Source: Balanoglossus misakiensis
Taxonomy: Eukaryota > Animalia > Hemichordata
Direction of reading: 5' to 3'
DNA: 64,000 bases
NCBI GenBank assembly: GCA_040954595.2
Contig: CM082576.2
Span: 17,469,028 to 17,533,027, forward strand
Both the position numbers and the translations under genes were made by a program. The notes under the pieces were generated by a model, which saw only the letters and a program-made list of their open reading frames with translations, was not told the origin of the DNA and did no database searches. Every line of letters starts with the position of its first letter. Within the stretch, counting starts at the first letter, position 1. Shown piece by piece: positions 12,378 through 24,603 of this stretch.

Positions 12378-13111
12378 GGTGGCATTGCATGAAAAGTAGT
12401 GATTTTTGCCAAATTTTACTTTTTTACATAAATCGGTAGGCCTAATACTGACCCACATCCTTACTAATATGTCTTGGCGGAAATGGTGCATAATCACCCC
12501 AAAATAGCACTTTTCTGAATGAGTTCACAGCTTAACAAATAGGTGTCAACAATGCAAATGGCCGTTTTTCTCAGTTGGCATTTTCGCTGCTCTTGACAAC
12601 TTCAGAAGAAATTAGCTTCGCTCTGCGTTGGCTGAATTTGCTCAAATTTTAACAGGGGATTGTGTATGACCCATCCAACAAAACGGTATTTTTGTTAGTC
12701 GATAAAGTGTCCCTGGCGGGAATAAACTCTGATTCAATACAACTCACCGTGAATTTGATCAAATTTTACTAAAAATCTAACTTTCAAACGCTGTTACTCC
12801 TCAATGGAAGCAGATAACGCAAAACAAAATTACCGTTTTTTTGCACGTGTACTCTAGTTTCGAATGACATATTAAGATGCATGATGCATGGTCAACTATT
12901 TTACCTAATTTAAATTTAATGACATAATATAAAAAAATGGGTTTTTTAACCTAAAATCGCCACCATTTCCGGGGATCAATAACATTTGCAATTCAAACAA
13001 AAGTTAAAAAACTCAGCTTCCAGAATATATATGGTTTATGGGGGTTTTAACGTTGTCTTTGATGAGAAATAGGCCTCTGAAAAAGTCTCGACGGTTTCAT
13101 GCAATGCCACC
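12378..13111. mobile_element. 734-bp non-autonomous TTAA-targeting element (Kolobok-like family B), intact copy
   Basis: Perfect 17-bp TIR GGTGGCATTGCATGAAA; TTAA at 12374-12377 and 13112-13115; second copy at 22963-25305. Confidence 0.9.
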
Positions 13112-13276
13112 TTAAGAACAAATTCTCTGTATTTACAAAAGGCAAATAATGTCTCTGAAATATTTGGAATTTTTACCAGTGTGACAGTGGTATATGTTTA
13201 AGATTTGTATCCACATGGTGTCCATGAATGTCTTAATTTGATTCCATGCCTTATCCTCATTTCTTTTGTAATACAG

Positions 13277-13444
13277 GCAGTGGGAGAACCTCCGCTAATG
13301 TTGGCCAACTCTGTTTTCTTTGCCATCAAAGACGCCATTTCTTCTGCTAGAAGTGATGCAGGTATCACTGGAATATTCCGACTGGACAGTCCAGCTACAT
13401 CCGAAGCTATCCGCATGGCTTGTCAAGACCAATTTACAGAAAAG
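13277..13444 (+). CDS. XDH: Xanthine dehydrogenase coding exon with the catalytic glutamate (AVGEPP)
   Basis: atacAG acceptor, GTgaat donor; 168 nt; [63 protein letters not shown] is the XDH-type context of the active-site Glu. Confidence 0.96.
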
Positions 13445-13606
13445 GTGAATATACACAGCCTTAGCAGATTAAGATAGATTGGTTGACGGTTCAGCTCATT
13501 CGGCTTTAATACAGATAAGAAAGATATTGAAAAAATAGCCTAATGTCAGAGCAACTACAGGTTTACAATAAATCTAAATTTTATTTTATTGTTATTTATA
13601 TTACAG

Positions 13607-13657
13607 TTCCCACCTGCAGAACAAGGCACATTCACACCATGGTTTGTTAGAATTTGA
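13607..13657 (+). CDS. XDH: Xanthine dehydrogenase terminal coding exon
   Basis: ttacAG acceptor; FPPAEQGTFTPWFVRI then TGA at 13655-13657; resembles the animal XDH C-terminus (..PWxVRV). Confidence 0.9.
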   Translation, partial: FPPAEQGTFTPWFVRI

Positions 13658-14046
13658 AGACGAGAATGTGATCAGCAACTACATTCATGATATTCCAAGA
13701 TATCTGGAATCCTTCAAAGATTAAAAATATAATTAGCAGATAGATTGTTGATATCTTCGCAATTCGGGCTGTAAGAGTGCTCAATTAACTTGTATGTGGA
13801 AAATTATATGATCAGTCAGCATCTATTTTTGTTTGTTTGTTTATTTGCCTGTCTGTCTGCTGTCCCTGGTATTTGGTGTGTAGTTGCATTCTGGAGATTG
13901 TATTTGATTCAAATGGAGTGGTCAAAAATAACAGACAGGTGTCAGATTGTTGTGAAAATTGGTTTGCAAGTACTTAGACATCATATAGTTTTGTTCATTT
14001 AGGTATCTGGAATTATGTTTGTTAGTGACTTATTTTTTTAGGTATT

Positions 14047-14052
14047 AATAAA
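14047..14052 (+). terminator. Candidate polyadenylation signal of XDH
   Basis: AATAAA ~390 nt after the XDH stop; another AATAAA lies at 14711-14716, so the true site is uncertain. Confidence 0.35.
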
Positions 14053-15390
14053 ATCTACTTATCTGAAACCGTTGCTGATTGCTTTGATATTTGGTATCGA
14101 AGTGCATAGGGTTGTTCTTATTCAGATTATTATAACAAACATTAGCATTTTTAGAAAATTTGTCATTTTGGGTTTTTCAGAAAGCATTTGGTAAAAGCAA
14201 TTACTGAAACTTGTGATCCAATTGTTTTGAAAGTTGATCCATAAGGTCCTAGCAGCATTCTTATTTTGTTGTGTTAAAACTGTGGTGTAAATATTGATAT
14301 TGTATCTTGTAAGGTAAAAATAAGTTATAATCTCATCTGATTGCAAAATCAGCAATTATATTGAATTCAAGCACACACTTTTCTCCACAATGTACTTGGC
14401 TCCACCTCATGCATTATATCATACAATGTATGCTTTTGTCCATTATTCCTATTATTGTATAGTTTTGTCAATGCCAGTGCGTTCATCAACCACATGAACG
14501 AGGCAAGAAAAATCATTACCTTCAAAAACAGACATTATCAACAGTATTTTATTTGGATGCAAATTTAAAGTAATGAGTATTACCTTTGAAAATAATGTGG
14601 CGTAGGTACAAAAAAGTCAGACTTGGACATGAAGAATGGGTGACTGCAACAGATCAGCTGATTGTGATCAATCAGTAACTGCAAATTTTCAGTATCATAT
14701 TCAAACAGGAAATAAATAGTGATGGTTTCATGAACTCGTGTGAAAATTCATTGAAGGGTTCTGGTGATCCAAGTCCAAAATTTTTTACATTGCAATCAAA
14801 TCACGTGAGGACTCGTGGGGGGTGGGTTGGCATTTATTTGTGTATCAAGGAAAGTTCATTTATACACATGCTCAAAAAGTTGCAACTCACAAATGTACTC
14901 GAGAGATTGTGGCAGTTCTTGTTGACCGGAGTCTATTCTTAACAGGTGTTGGTCAATCGACCGTGGTAGGAAGAGAAAAAAAGCAAATTGCAAATCAATT
15001 AGTATCATCGTATTTGTTCTGTGTAAGTTTGCGTTTCTTTTTCATTTTCCCATTGCTTGAAAGCCTCAGTTATTCACTTAGAAACTTGATACTTTATGCT
15101 AGTTCTTTGGCATGTCCACATAATAATACTATACATTATCAGTAATGTACAGTGATGATGTCATGGAATTCACTGGTATTGACAAAGCCGTAATATAATT
15201 TCATGTATTTAAAATTCATGTTCAGAAATTGCTCTCAGATGTAGAAGAATATATACTGTAGTTGATGCAAAGAATAAGAAACTAAATTTCAGAAGCTCGT
15301 TTAAAAACAATTCAACATGACAGTCAGATACATGTGACAGTGATACCATTAAAACGTTTCTTATATTAGTTCGAGTAATATATCACTCAT

Positions 15391-16272
15391 TTTAGGTCCC
15401 ATTTTGGTATGTATATATACCTTGGGACCTTATGGAATCAGTTGCGTCTGTATGTATGGATGTATGTCAGCATGGATGTATGTATGTCTGTATGTCTGTC
15501 CACATCAAATTAATATTATGAATTTTTCAATTTTTATGCATTTTTTTGTCTTTTTCCACATTATTCGTAAAAAAAATATTTTCTGAAAATGATCTGTTGT
15601 CTTCTTTGAAATTTAGTATAAAGCTTATACAGGTGATCTGAGTTACCATAGTTCTGTTCAAAATGTGAAAGATTTGCATATTTGCTTTTTTGGTTAAAAA
15701 TTGGTTTCTCTAAAACCGCTTGTCAGATTGCTTTGAAATTTAGTAGGCGTGTTCCTAGGGGTAACTCCGTGTTCCTAGGGGTAACTCAAGTGAGATGTTC
15801 TAAAAAAATGTTGAAATTTGCATATTTGTGTTTAATATTGGGGAAATTTGTGCAATTTTCCATCAAAAGTTTTTTCCTTCAAACTGCATATTAGATTGCT
15901 TTGAGCTTTGGTAGGCATGTTCTTTGTGGTGATTGAAGTAAGATATTGTACAATTTTTATGATTTAAGCAATAACCCCTGCCGCAGGTTGGGTATACACG
16001 AGATTTTGGTACAATTTGTGACATATAGCACGAGCCGTTAGACAGTTTTCGGTCAAAAATAAGTTTTTCTAGCATCTCTTCTAAGTTTGCTATGACACAT
16101 GACACTTGATCAGGCATGTTCGTAGTTAATTTTGTTATATTTCCATATTTTTTATATATGGTTATATCATATCTGCTTGCCAATGTCACCAGGTACCTGT
16201 TATTTTAATTCTCGTGTATACCTATTTCTCTGTAATCAACAAATGGGACCACAGTGACCTTGACGCTATTTT
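15391..16272 (+). mobile_element. Helentron-associated non-autonomous element (HINE/DINE-like), copy 1
   Basis: 5' T-run + AGGTCCCATTT..GGGACC, (TGTA/TGGA)n microsatellite, degenerate internal repeats; 3' AAATGGGACC subterminal IR followed by a short stem-loop AGTGACCTTGACGCT and a T-run. Confidence 0.72.
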
Positions 16273-17422
16273 TAACTCATGTTAAAAAAATCATCTAGTA
16301 TGAATTTCCATGTTTAATTCAAAACTTTGATATATAGTTTGTCCTAACTCTTTGAAGTCAGTATCTGTAGCAAGTTTCATATAGTTCAGTGTAGTGGCTC
16401 CTTGTTGCTCAGCTGTCACAAACATGGAGCTTATCAGATAAGGTGATTATTTATTATCATCTGGCATCTGTCAACATGTGTCTTCTTCTCTGAAACCACT
16501 GGTCTGATTACTTTGAAATTTTGTATACAGGTTGCTAGGGGTGACCTAACTAAAGTCTGTTCACATTGAAATTTGCATATTAATTGGGCATTTTTAGGTC
16601 CCATTAATATAGGCCTATATACCATGGGACCTTATGGGATCGGTTGCGTCTGTATGTATGTATGTATGTATGGATGTATGTATGTATGGATGTATATATG
16701 TCTGTATGTCCGTCCACATCAAAAACTTGAAAACCGCTGCGCGTATCACCTTGATATTTGGTGTGCAGATGCAGGCTGGGCTGTAGATGGGAGTTTGTTC
16801 AAACGAAGTTGCCAGGCCCAAAAATATGCAAATTAGCCAGTAAAATGTGAAATTTATCAAAAACTCTGAAAGTCAACAACTACTGGTCAGATTGCTTTAA
16901 AAATTGGTATGCATGTACCTTATGTCAACCTCACATCGACCTGTAAGTGTTAAGTTAATATCATGGATGTTATGAATTTTTTAGTCTTTTTATTAAATTT
17001 ATACCTTTACTTATACCTCTATGGTTAAAGGCACATGAGCTGCAACTGGATAAAAAAATTAAAGTTTTAAATAATCTCATATATGCTTTTAATCATGTCT
17101 ATTCAATGATATTTCATGATAATATATCAAGCTCAACACTTATTTATGACAAAATGGCCAAAAATTACAGAAAAACGAAAATTCCTGCAATTTTAAAAAA
17201 AGTGCAATATTGCAATGAAAAATGAAAATCTGATGTCTCAGTGGTGTACATTTACTTCCATTAGCTCAAGTGTATGAGATCATGTTTTGTTTATGAAGTT
17301 TCATAACCGGAAATGCAACATTTTCATTGTTTCTTGCATTTTCCCATGGTGGCGGCCATAATCGCTTGCGGCAAAGCTTTATTATTTATCTGGTTAAAAC
17401 TTGCATACGCACTCATATTTAG

Positions 17423-20400
17423 TAGTCCATGGGCCAGAGACCGAAACCCTCCCCCCCCCCCCCCCCCCCCCCTGAGGATTTTTGCAGACATATATTTTTG
17501 GAAAGCCTATTTATCCAGCTGTCAGAATCAGGTTGTTTGCACTCATATTAATGGTGGGTGTGGCCGTGAGGAGCGGTTGTCATGGTAACGATAGCATAAT
17601 TTTAGGGGTACTCATACAGTTAAAAAATGATATATTTCAGGATCTGAGAAAGCTAGAGAAAAAATTTAAACATTGGGTCTTATAAAGTAGGGGACGGGCT
17701 ATCCAATGATTACATGACCGACAAGGTCAGAGGTCAAGTTCATCTTCAAAACGCGGGGTCAAAGTAAAAATTTCGCTATTTTTTGCACATCGATCATACA
17801 TAGTTTCGATTTACTGGAAAACGGTTTGCTCGGGGAGGCTGTAAATTGGTCATCAGGTAGCATGGAACATTAGGTTTATGAAAAATAAGCTGATTCACGT
17901 CTTTGATATTAAGTTATATTAAAATTCTGTTACCATAACGACGGATAGCAGATTTTGCGAAAATCACAAAAATAAGAATCCTGCTATATCTTTGCTACCA
18001 ATTAAGCTTTAGATAAAATTTAAACACTCAAACTTATAATGTCGGGTGCGATCTTTTCATTGCTAACTTGAACTTTGGGGTTCAAGGTCAAGGTCATCGT
18101 CAAATTTCAGGTCAAAGTGACAAAATGGACATATGGATTTTTGTTCAAAATGACATTTTACGGCGAGCGTTTACTAAACACTGTTTGGGTCTAGAATGCT
18201 ATAATTTGATCTCCAGATAGAGATGTGTATTGTTTACAAAGATTTTAATTTGTTTTGCTGTTTACATATACTTAATATGCAAAACCTGCTGTTTTAATGA
18301 CAACAAAATGAATGGTAGGAATAGCAAGAGTACTCATACAGTTAAAATGAGATATTTCAGGTTCTGAGAAAGCTAGAGAAAAAATTTAAACATTCAGTAT
18401 TATAAAGTAGGGTACGGGCTATCCAATTATTACACGACCGACAAGGTCAGAGGTCAAGTTCATCTTCAAAACTTGGGGTCAAAGTGAAAATTTCGCTATT
18501 TTTTGCATATCGGTCATACATAGTTTTGATTTACTGGAAAACGGTTTGCTCGAGGAGGCTGTAAATTGGTCATCAGGTAGCAAGGAATATTAGCTTTAAG
18601 AAAAATAGGCCTATTTTCGTCTTTGGTTGTAATTTATATTAAAATTCTGTAACCATAACGACGGATAGAAGATTTTGCGAAATTCCCCAAAATAAGAAAC
18701 TTGCTATATCTTTTCTACCAATTAAGCTTTAGATAAAATTTAAACACTCAAACTTATATTGTCGGATGCGAGCTTTTGATTGCTAAATTGAACTTTGGGG
18801 TTCAAGGTCAAGGTCATCCTCAAATTTCGGGTCAAAGTGACAAAATGGGCATTATGGACTTTGTTCAAAATGACATTTTACGGCGAGCGTTTACTACACT
18901 GTTGGGATCTAGAATGCTATAATTTTGTATATTTTGATATTAATATTCAAATAAGATGCCACTTTGATTTCTGGATATTATTATATAAAAAAACGCGACC
19001 GTGGGAGTGCGAGTCATGCTGATTTATGCGTTATCCCATGATGCCACTGTAGCAATAGTCCAGACAAACCGATCGAATATCTGTGTTTTAGGCACAGAGA
19101 TTTTTTGGAAATTGTGCGTAAAGCACTTAAGACACATTATATACTCAAAAGCAATGTTTTTAAATCACAATCATTCATAATCATACAAAATGAATGCTAC
19201 GTTTTTTAAAAAAAACGTTTGCTCATGTGGAAATGTTTTCCGGTTGTTTGTCATTGCATGGCCTCCATCTTGCTGATGAAACGTCCAGCGCTAGGTTGTG
19301 CAACTTTTTATCATGGTCATGATGGTGTAAAGGTAGGGAACACAGTCAATGCCTGAGATGGATTGTGATCTTTTGACTTCCCAGCCTGCTAATGAACTTT
19401 TGGAAATAGTTCACACTTTTGTGGAACACATCATTGAACATCATTTCCCGCTTATGGCTGAGTTTAGACAAGAGAGGAGTAACTTTTAACTTTTGGTATG
19501 ACTTTGTGTAGAGTATTGCTGCCATTACAACTCTACACACCGGTGGAAATGTAAGTGCATTAAGAAATGGTGATTGAGATATTTGCCAAACTGCTAAGAA
19601 TCAGCTATTATTTCCTCTGTTGTTTTGTGCCAATCGAAACGGACTATGCAAGATACATGTCAGTACTTATTCTGGTGATGCATGGAATACCCAAAAGTGT
19701 ACAAGAGTCATTAAATGAGGAGGATTCATGGCAAACTTATCTGACGATTCACTAAAGGGTGCTGGTGGTGTTATAGGATTAAAGATGAGAGGTTTAGCAC
19801 TTGAAAAGTGGTTTTGGGTGGACCGATTACTGCAAAGTTCTCTGATACATTTCACAAATAAATATGCAGTAATGAGTATTGGTAAACAAAATAAGATCCA
19901 ATATGGAAAAGCAGTCATTAAGAGATGGAATACTGATGTGGCAAAGCTTTCAGAATTATAAGGTGGAGCATTTGTCGACCCATTTGATCTTTCCGACCCT
20001 CATTTAAGCAATTATCAACATTACTATATCAAAAGATATGGCTGGGGTTTTTTTCTGAGCAAATAATTATACAAGAAGAACCTGACACACCGTGTAAGCG
20101 CTTCTATCATAGTATGACTTGCGGCAATGTAAAAACATGACAAAAATGAAGAAGACGGTTTATCTTTGATTACCTGCTGTTAATACAAGTTAGAAGATGC
20201 CACTCATTGGAGTCATTGAAAATTCCAACGTTCCTCTCTGTTTGTTTTCAGATGATGGACTTAAAATTCATTTCCGGGAGACAGATAGACTAGCATTGAG
20301 GCTGCCGATGCCATAGTTTATGATGACCATTCAGTCTCTGTCTGGTCCTAATCTTGTAGACAGAATCACTTTTATCGATATAGCAATATGATTTATGGAA

Positions 20401-22704
20401 TACATAATGTAGAATAGAGGCCGAATTTTAGGTCCTGTTGATAATTCGCAAATACACATGATCATTGATAATTATGATGCCAAACGGATCAAAGGATCAA
20501 AGGCCAAACACGTGATGTGAGGGTTGCACCAGCACATCATATCATACTTGATCTAATTGCTCCGACAAAATGGACGGCATTCTTGCTTACCACTAGTCTG
20601 AAAACAAAGCAAATTTTGCAAAATGCTACACATTATGAAAAAAGTAGATCTCAACATTGGTCAAAAATGAATTGTAAGTGGAGGACCAAACTTCACCACT
20701 TTTGTTATCGCAAAAGATACAGTGAAGAAGCAGATACGCGGATTGTTCTTAGTTCTACACGCAATTGCAGCGTCTGATAGAGGGGCAAGATGACTCCTTA
20801 CGTCAACTTGTCATATCAACAGAAATCATCTTGATAAGAATGTGCTAAATATGATAAAACTTTGTACATATTTAAACTGAAATACCATAGAATGGCCACA
20901 ATATAAGTTGAATATAGTATTTTTACAGTAAAAGCATGCTGATAATGTATGTCCCTTTATAGCAATTGCAAATGCACGTTCGCTTATTTCAAGAAATATA
21001 CCAATTTTACTAAATCTTGAAATCATCAGCTCGCCATGGGAATTGAAAATGTCATCAAGCATTTTCAAACTCTCAGAACTTAACTTTAAAATGGTGTATG
21101 ACACAAAATGTTGTATGGCCAAGTCAGAGGGTTCGTTTTTTCTGGGGAGATCTGCAACACTAATTAGAGTTGGGATATTGAATTTTGACCCCATCTTTTG
21201 AAGGTGACCCTGAACTTAAAATTTAAAATATCAAAATATACAAAATTATAGCATTCTAGATCCCAACAGTGTAGTAAACGCTCGCCGTAAAATGTCATTT
21301 TGAACCGAAATTTGAGGATGACCTTGACCTTGAACCCCAAAGTTCAATTTAGCAATCAAAAGCTCGCATCCGACAATACAAGTTTGAGTGTTTAAATTTT
21401 ATCTAAAGCTTAATTGGTAGCAAAGATATAGCAAGTTTCTTATTTTGGGGAATTTCGCAAAATCTTCTATCCGTCGTTATGGTTACAGAATTTTAATATA
21501 AATTACAACCAAAGACGAAAATAGGCCTATTTTTCTTAAAGCTAATATTCCTTGCTACCTGATGACCAATTTACAGCCTCCTCGAGCAAACCGTTTTCCA
21601 GTAAATCAAAACTGTGTATGATCGATATGCCAAAAAGCGAAATTTTTACTTTGACCCCGCGTTTTGAAGATGAACTTGACCTCTGACCTTGTCGGTCATG
21701 TAATCATTGGATAGCCCGTACCCTACTTTATAAGACTGAATGTTTGAATTTTATCTCTAGCATTCTAAGAACCTGAAATATCTCATTTGAACTGTATGGG
21801 TACTCTTGCTATTCCTACCATTCATTTAGTTGTCATTATAACAGCTGGTTTTGCATATTAAGTATATGTAAACAGCAAAACAAATTAAAATCTTCGTAAA
21901 TAATACACTTCTCTATCTGGAGATGAAATTATAACATTCTAGACCCAAACAGTGTTTAGTAAACGCTCGCCGTAAAATGTCATTTTGAACAAAAATCCAT
22001 AATGTCCGTTTTGTCACTTTGACCTTAAATTTGAGGATGACCTTGACCTTGAACCCCAAAGTTCAAGTTAGCAATGAAAAGATCGCACCCGACATTATAA
22101 GTTTGAGTGTTTAAATTTTATCTAAAGCTTAATTGGTAGCAAAGATATAGCAGGATTCTTATTTTTGTGATTTTCGCAAAATCTGCTATCCGTCGTTATG
22201 GTAACAGAATTTTAATATAACTTAATATCAAAGACGTGAATCAGCTTATTTTTCATAAACCTAATGTTCCATGCTACCTGATGACCAATTTACAGCCTCC
22301 TCGAGCAAACCGTTTTCCAGTAAATCGAAACTATGTATGATCGATGTGCAAAAAATAGCGAAATTTTTACTTTGACCCCGCGTTTTGAAGATGAACTTGA
22401 CCTCTGACCTTGTCGGTCATGTAATCATTGGATAGCCCGTCCCCTACTTTATAAGACCCAATGTTTAAATTTTTTCTCTAGCTTTCTCAGATCCTGAAAT
22501 ATATCATTTTTTAACTGTATGAGTACCCCTAAAATTATGCTATCGTTACCATGACAACCGCTCCTCACGGCCACACCCACCATTAATATGAGTGCAAACA
22601 ACCTGATTCTGACAGCTGGATAAATAGGCTTTCCAAAAATATATGTCTGCAAAAATCCTCAGGGGGGGGGGGGGGGAGGGTTTCGGTCTCTGGCCCATGG
22701 ACTA
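17423..22704 (+). mobile_element. Academ-like DNA transposon, 5282 bp, ~1.5-kb TIRs, decayed transposase
   Basis: Termini 5'-TAGTCCATGGGCCAGAGACCGAAACCC / GGGTTTCGGTCTCTGGCCCATGGACTA-3'; 3-bp TSD TAG (17420-17422, 22705-22707); inverted repeat ~17423-18940 vs ~21226-22704; + strand relics ALRNGD, TDYARYMSVLIL, KGAGGVIGL..ALEKW and EEADTRIVL. Confidence 0.8.
17605..18940. repeat. ~720-bp direct duplication inside the left TIR (mirrored in the right TIR)
   Basis: GTACTCATACAGTTAAAA...GAGAAAGCTAGAGAAAAAATTTAAACATT occurs at ~17608 and ~18330, followed by ~600 bp of colinear similarity. Confidence 0.9.
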
Positions 22705-23009
22705 TAGGGTTTATAATGCTTGTGTATAGTTCACTGCCTTCATCTGCATGGACTAATGGTAGTGCAGTATGAAACAAAAATTATGAAACTTATCCCAAAA
22801 GTTACAGCTTACGTGCCTTTAAGCTATGTCCACGTCTTATTGTGGAATTCTGGTCTGTGCAATAGTCCTGTACAGTGACTGTATATTGGTCAGTGAGCAC
22901 AATGGGGCCAAAATAAAAGGCAAATTTTTGGGCTCACCTGTAACACCTGCTTAACACATTAAGGTGGCATTGCATGAAAAGTTGTGATTTTTGCCAAATT
23001 TTACTTTTT

Positions 23010-24603
23010 AGGTCCCATTGATATAGGCATATATACCATGGGACCTTATGGGATCGGTTGCGTCTGTATGTATGTATGTATGGATGTATGTATGGATGGA
23101 TGTATGTCTGTATGTCCGTCCACATCAAAAACTTGAAAACCGCTGCGCGTATCACCTCAATATTTGGTGTGTAGGTGCAGGCTGGGCTGTAGATGGGAGT
23201 TTGTCCAAACGAAGTTGCCAGGCCCAAAAATATGCAAATTAGCTGGAAAAATGTGAAATTTATCAAAACTCTGAATGTCAACAACTACTTGTCAGATTGC
23301 TTTAAAAATTGGTATGCATGTACGATATGTCAACCTCACATCGACCTGTAAGTGTTAAGTTAATATCATCGATGTTTTATTTTTTATGAATTTTTTAGTC
23401 TTTTTATTAAATTTATACCTTTACTTATACTTCTATGGTTAAGCTATGTCCACATCTTATTGTGGAATTCTGGTCTGTGCAATAGTCCTGTACAGAGACT
23501 GTCTATTGGTCAGTGAGCACAATGAGGCCAAAATAAAAGGCAAAATTTTGGGCTCACCTGTAACACCTGCTTAATACATTAATTATGTGCATATCTAATT
23601 CCGGGCTAACTAATAGGGCTAGAGGTTTCGTTCTTGTGGGACATGGACCACTATAGGGTCAAAATTTCTTGCCCAAATTTTGGGTGACCTCAGGTGACCT
23701 ATGACCTACTTTCCTATATCTCGGCATCCAGAGCAGGTACAGACTTGGCGTTTGGAGGTTTGGGACTAAAATTGAAAAGCCAAAATATTGGTCACCTGTG
23801 ACACCTGCATATCTCATTTATTATGTGCATACCTAATTCCAGGCTAACCAACAGGGCTATAGGTTTGGTTTTTGTTGAACATGGACCAGTATAGGGTCAA
23901 AATTTCTTGCCCAAATTTTGCATGACTTCAGGTGACCTTTGACCTACTTTACCATTTCTTGGCACCCAGAGCAGGTACAGACTTGGCATTTGGAGGGTTG
24001 GGACTAAAATTGAAAAGCCAAAATTGGGGGTCACCTGTGACACCTGCATATCTCATTAATTATGTGCATACCTAATTCCAGGCTAACCAATAGGGCTATA
24101 GGTTTGGTTTTTGTTGAACCTGGACCAGTATAGGGTCAAAATTTCTTGCCCAAATTTTGCATGACCTCAGGTGACCTTTGACCTACTTTATCATATCTTG
24201 GCATCCAGAGCAGGTACAGACTTGGCGTTTGGAGGGTTGGGACTAAAACTTAAAAGCCAAAATTGGGGGTCACCTGTGACACCTGCATATCTCATTAATT
24301 ATGTGCATACCTAATTCCAGGCTAACCAATAGGGCTATAGTTTGGTTTTTGTTGAACATGGACCAGTATAGGGTCAAAATTCCTTGCCCAAATTTTGCAT
24401 AACCTCAGGTGACCTTTGACCTACTTTTCCATATCTTGGCATCCAGAGCAGATATGCTTATTGCTATGTTGCTATGTGCTATGTTGGCTTGGGCCCGATA
24501 TTGCTGCTTGCAGATCTGCTTGCAATGTCACCTGTAATTTTTATTCTGGTGTGTCACTGTTTCCGCATAATCCTCAAATGGGACCACAGTGTCCTTGACG
24601 CTA
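23010..24603 (+). mobile_element. HINE copy 3, intact, inserted in a T-run
   Basis: AGGTCCCATT 5' end, microsatellite, tandem core, AAATGGGACCACAGTGTCCTTGACGCTA 3' end; interrupts the ttacTTTTTTTacata run seen intact at ~12416-12430. Confidence 0.85.
23555..24450. repeat. ~239-bp tandem repeat (about 3.7 units) forming the HINE core; ~2.7 more units at 25310-25940
   Basis: CACCTGTGACACCTGCATATCTCATTAATTATGTGC recurs at ~23556, 23794, 24033, 24271, 25521 and 25759. Confidence 0.9.

Larger units (their letters stand above)
17029..22818. mobile_element. Non-autonomous TTAA-targeting element (Kolobok-like family A, ~0.5 kb) interrupted by the Academ-like element
   Basis: TTAA|AGGCACATGAGCTGCAAC ... 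GTTACAGCTTACGTGCCT|TTAA (15/18 TIR match); the empty site ctatggTTAAgctatg is visible in the sister HINE at 23439-23442. Confidence 0.82.

Noticed and set aside
13205-13477. ORF-track 90-aa and 63-aa (10258-10449) proteins as standalone genes
   Set aside because: They are XDH exons read through into intron sequence.
6338-13657. Aldehyde oxidase as the alternative identity
   Set aside because: AVGEPPL and the surrounding motifs fit XDH better, although the substrate-specifying residues lie upstream of the window, so it is not fully excluded.
15404-23284. ORFs rich in MYVCMY/HTYIH and the duplicated 67-aa ORF (17482, 22449)
   Set aside because: Translations of the HINE microsatellite and of the Academ-like TIRs.
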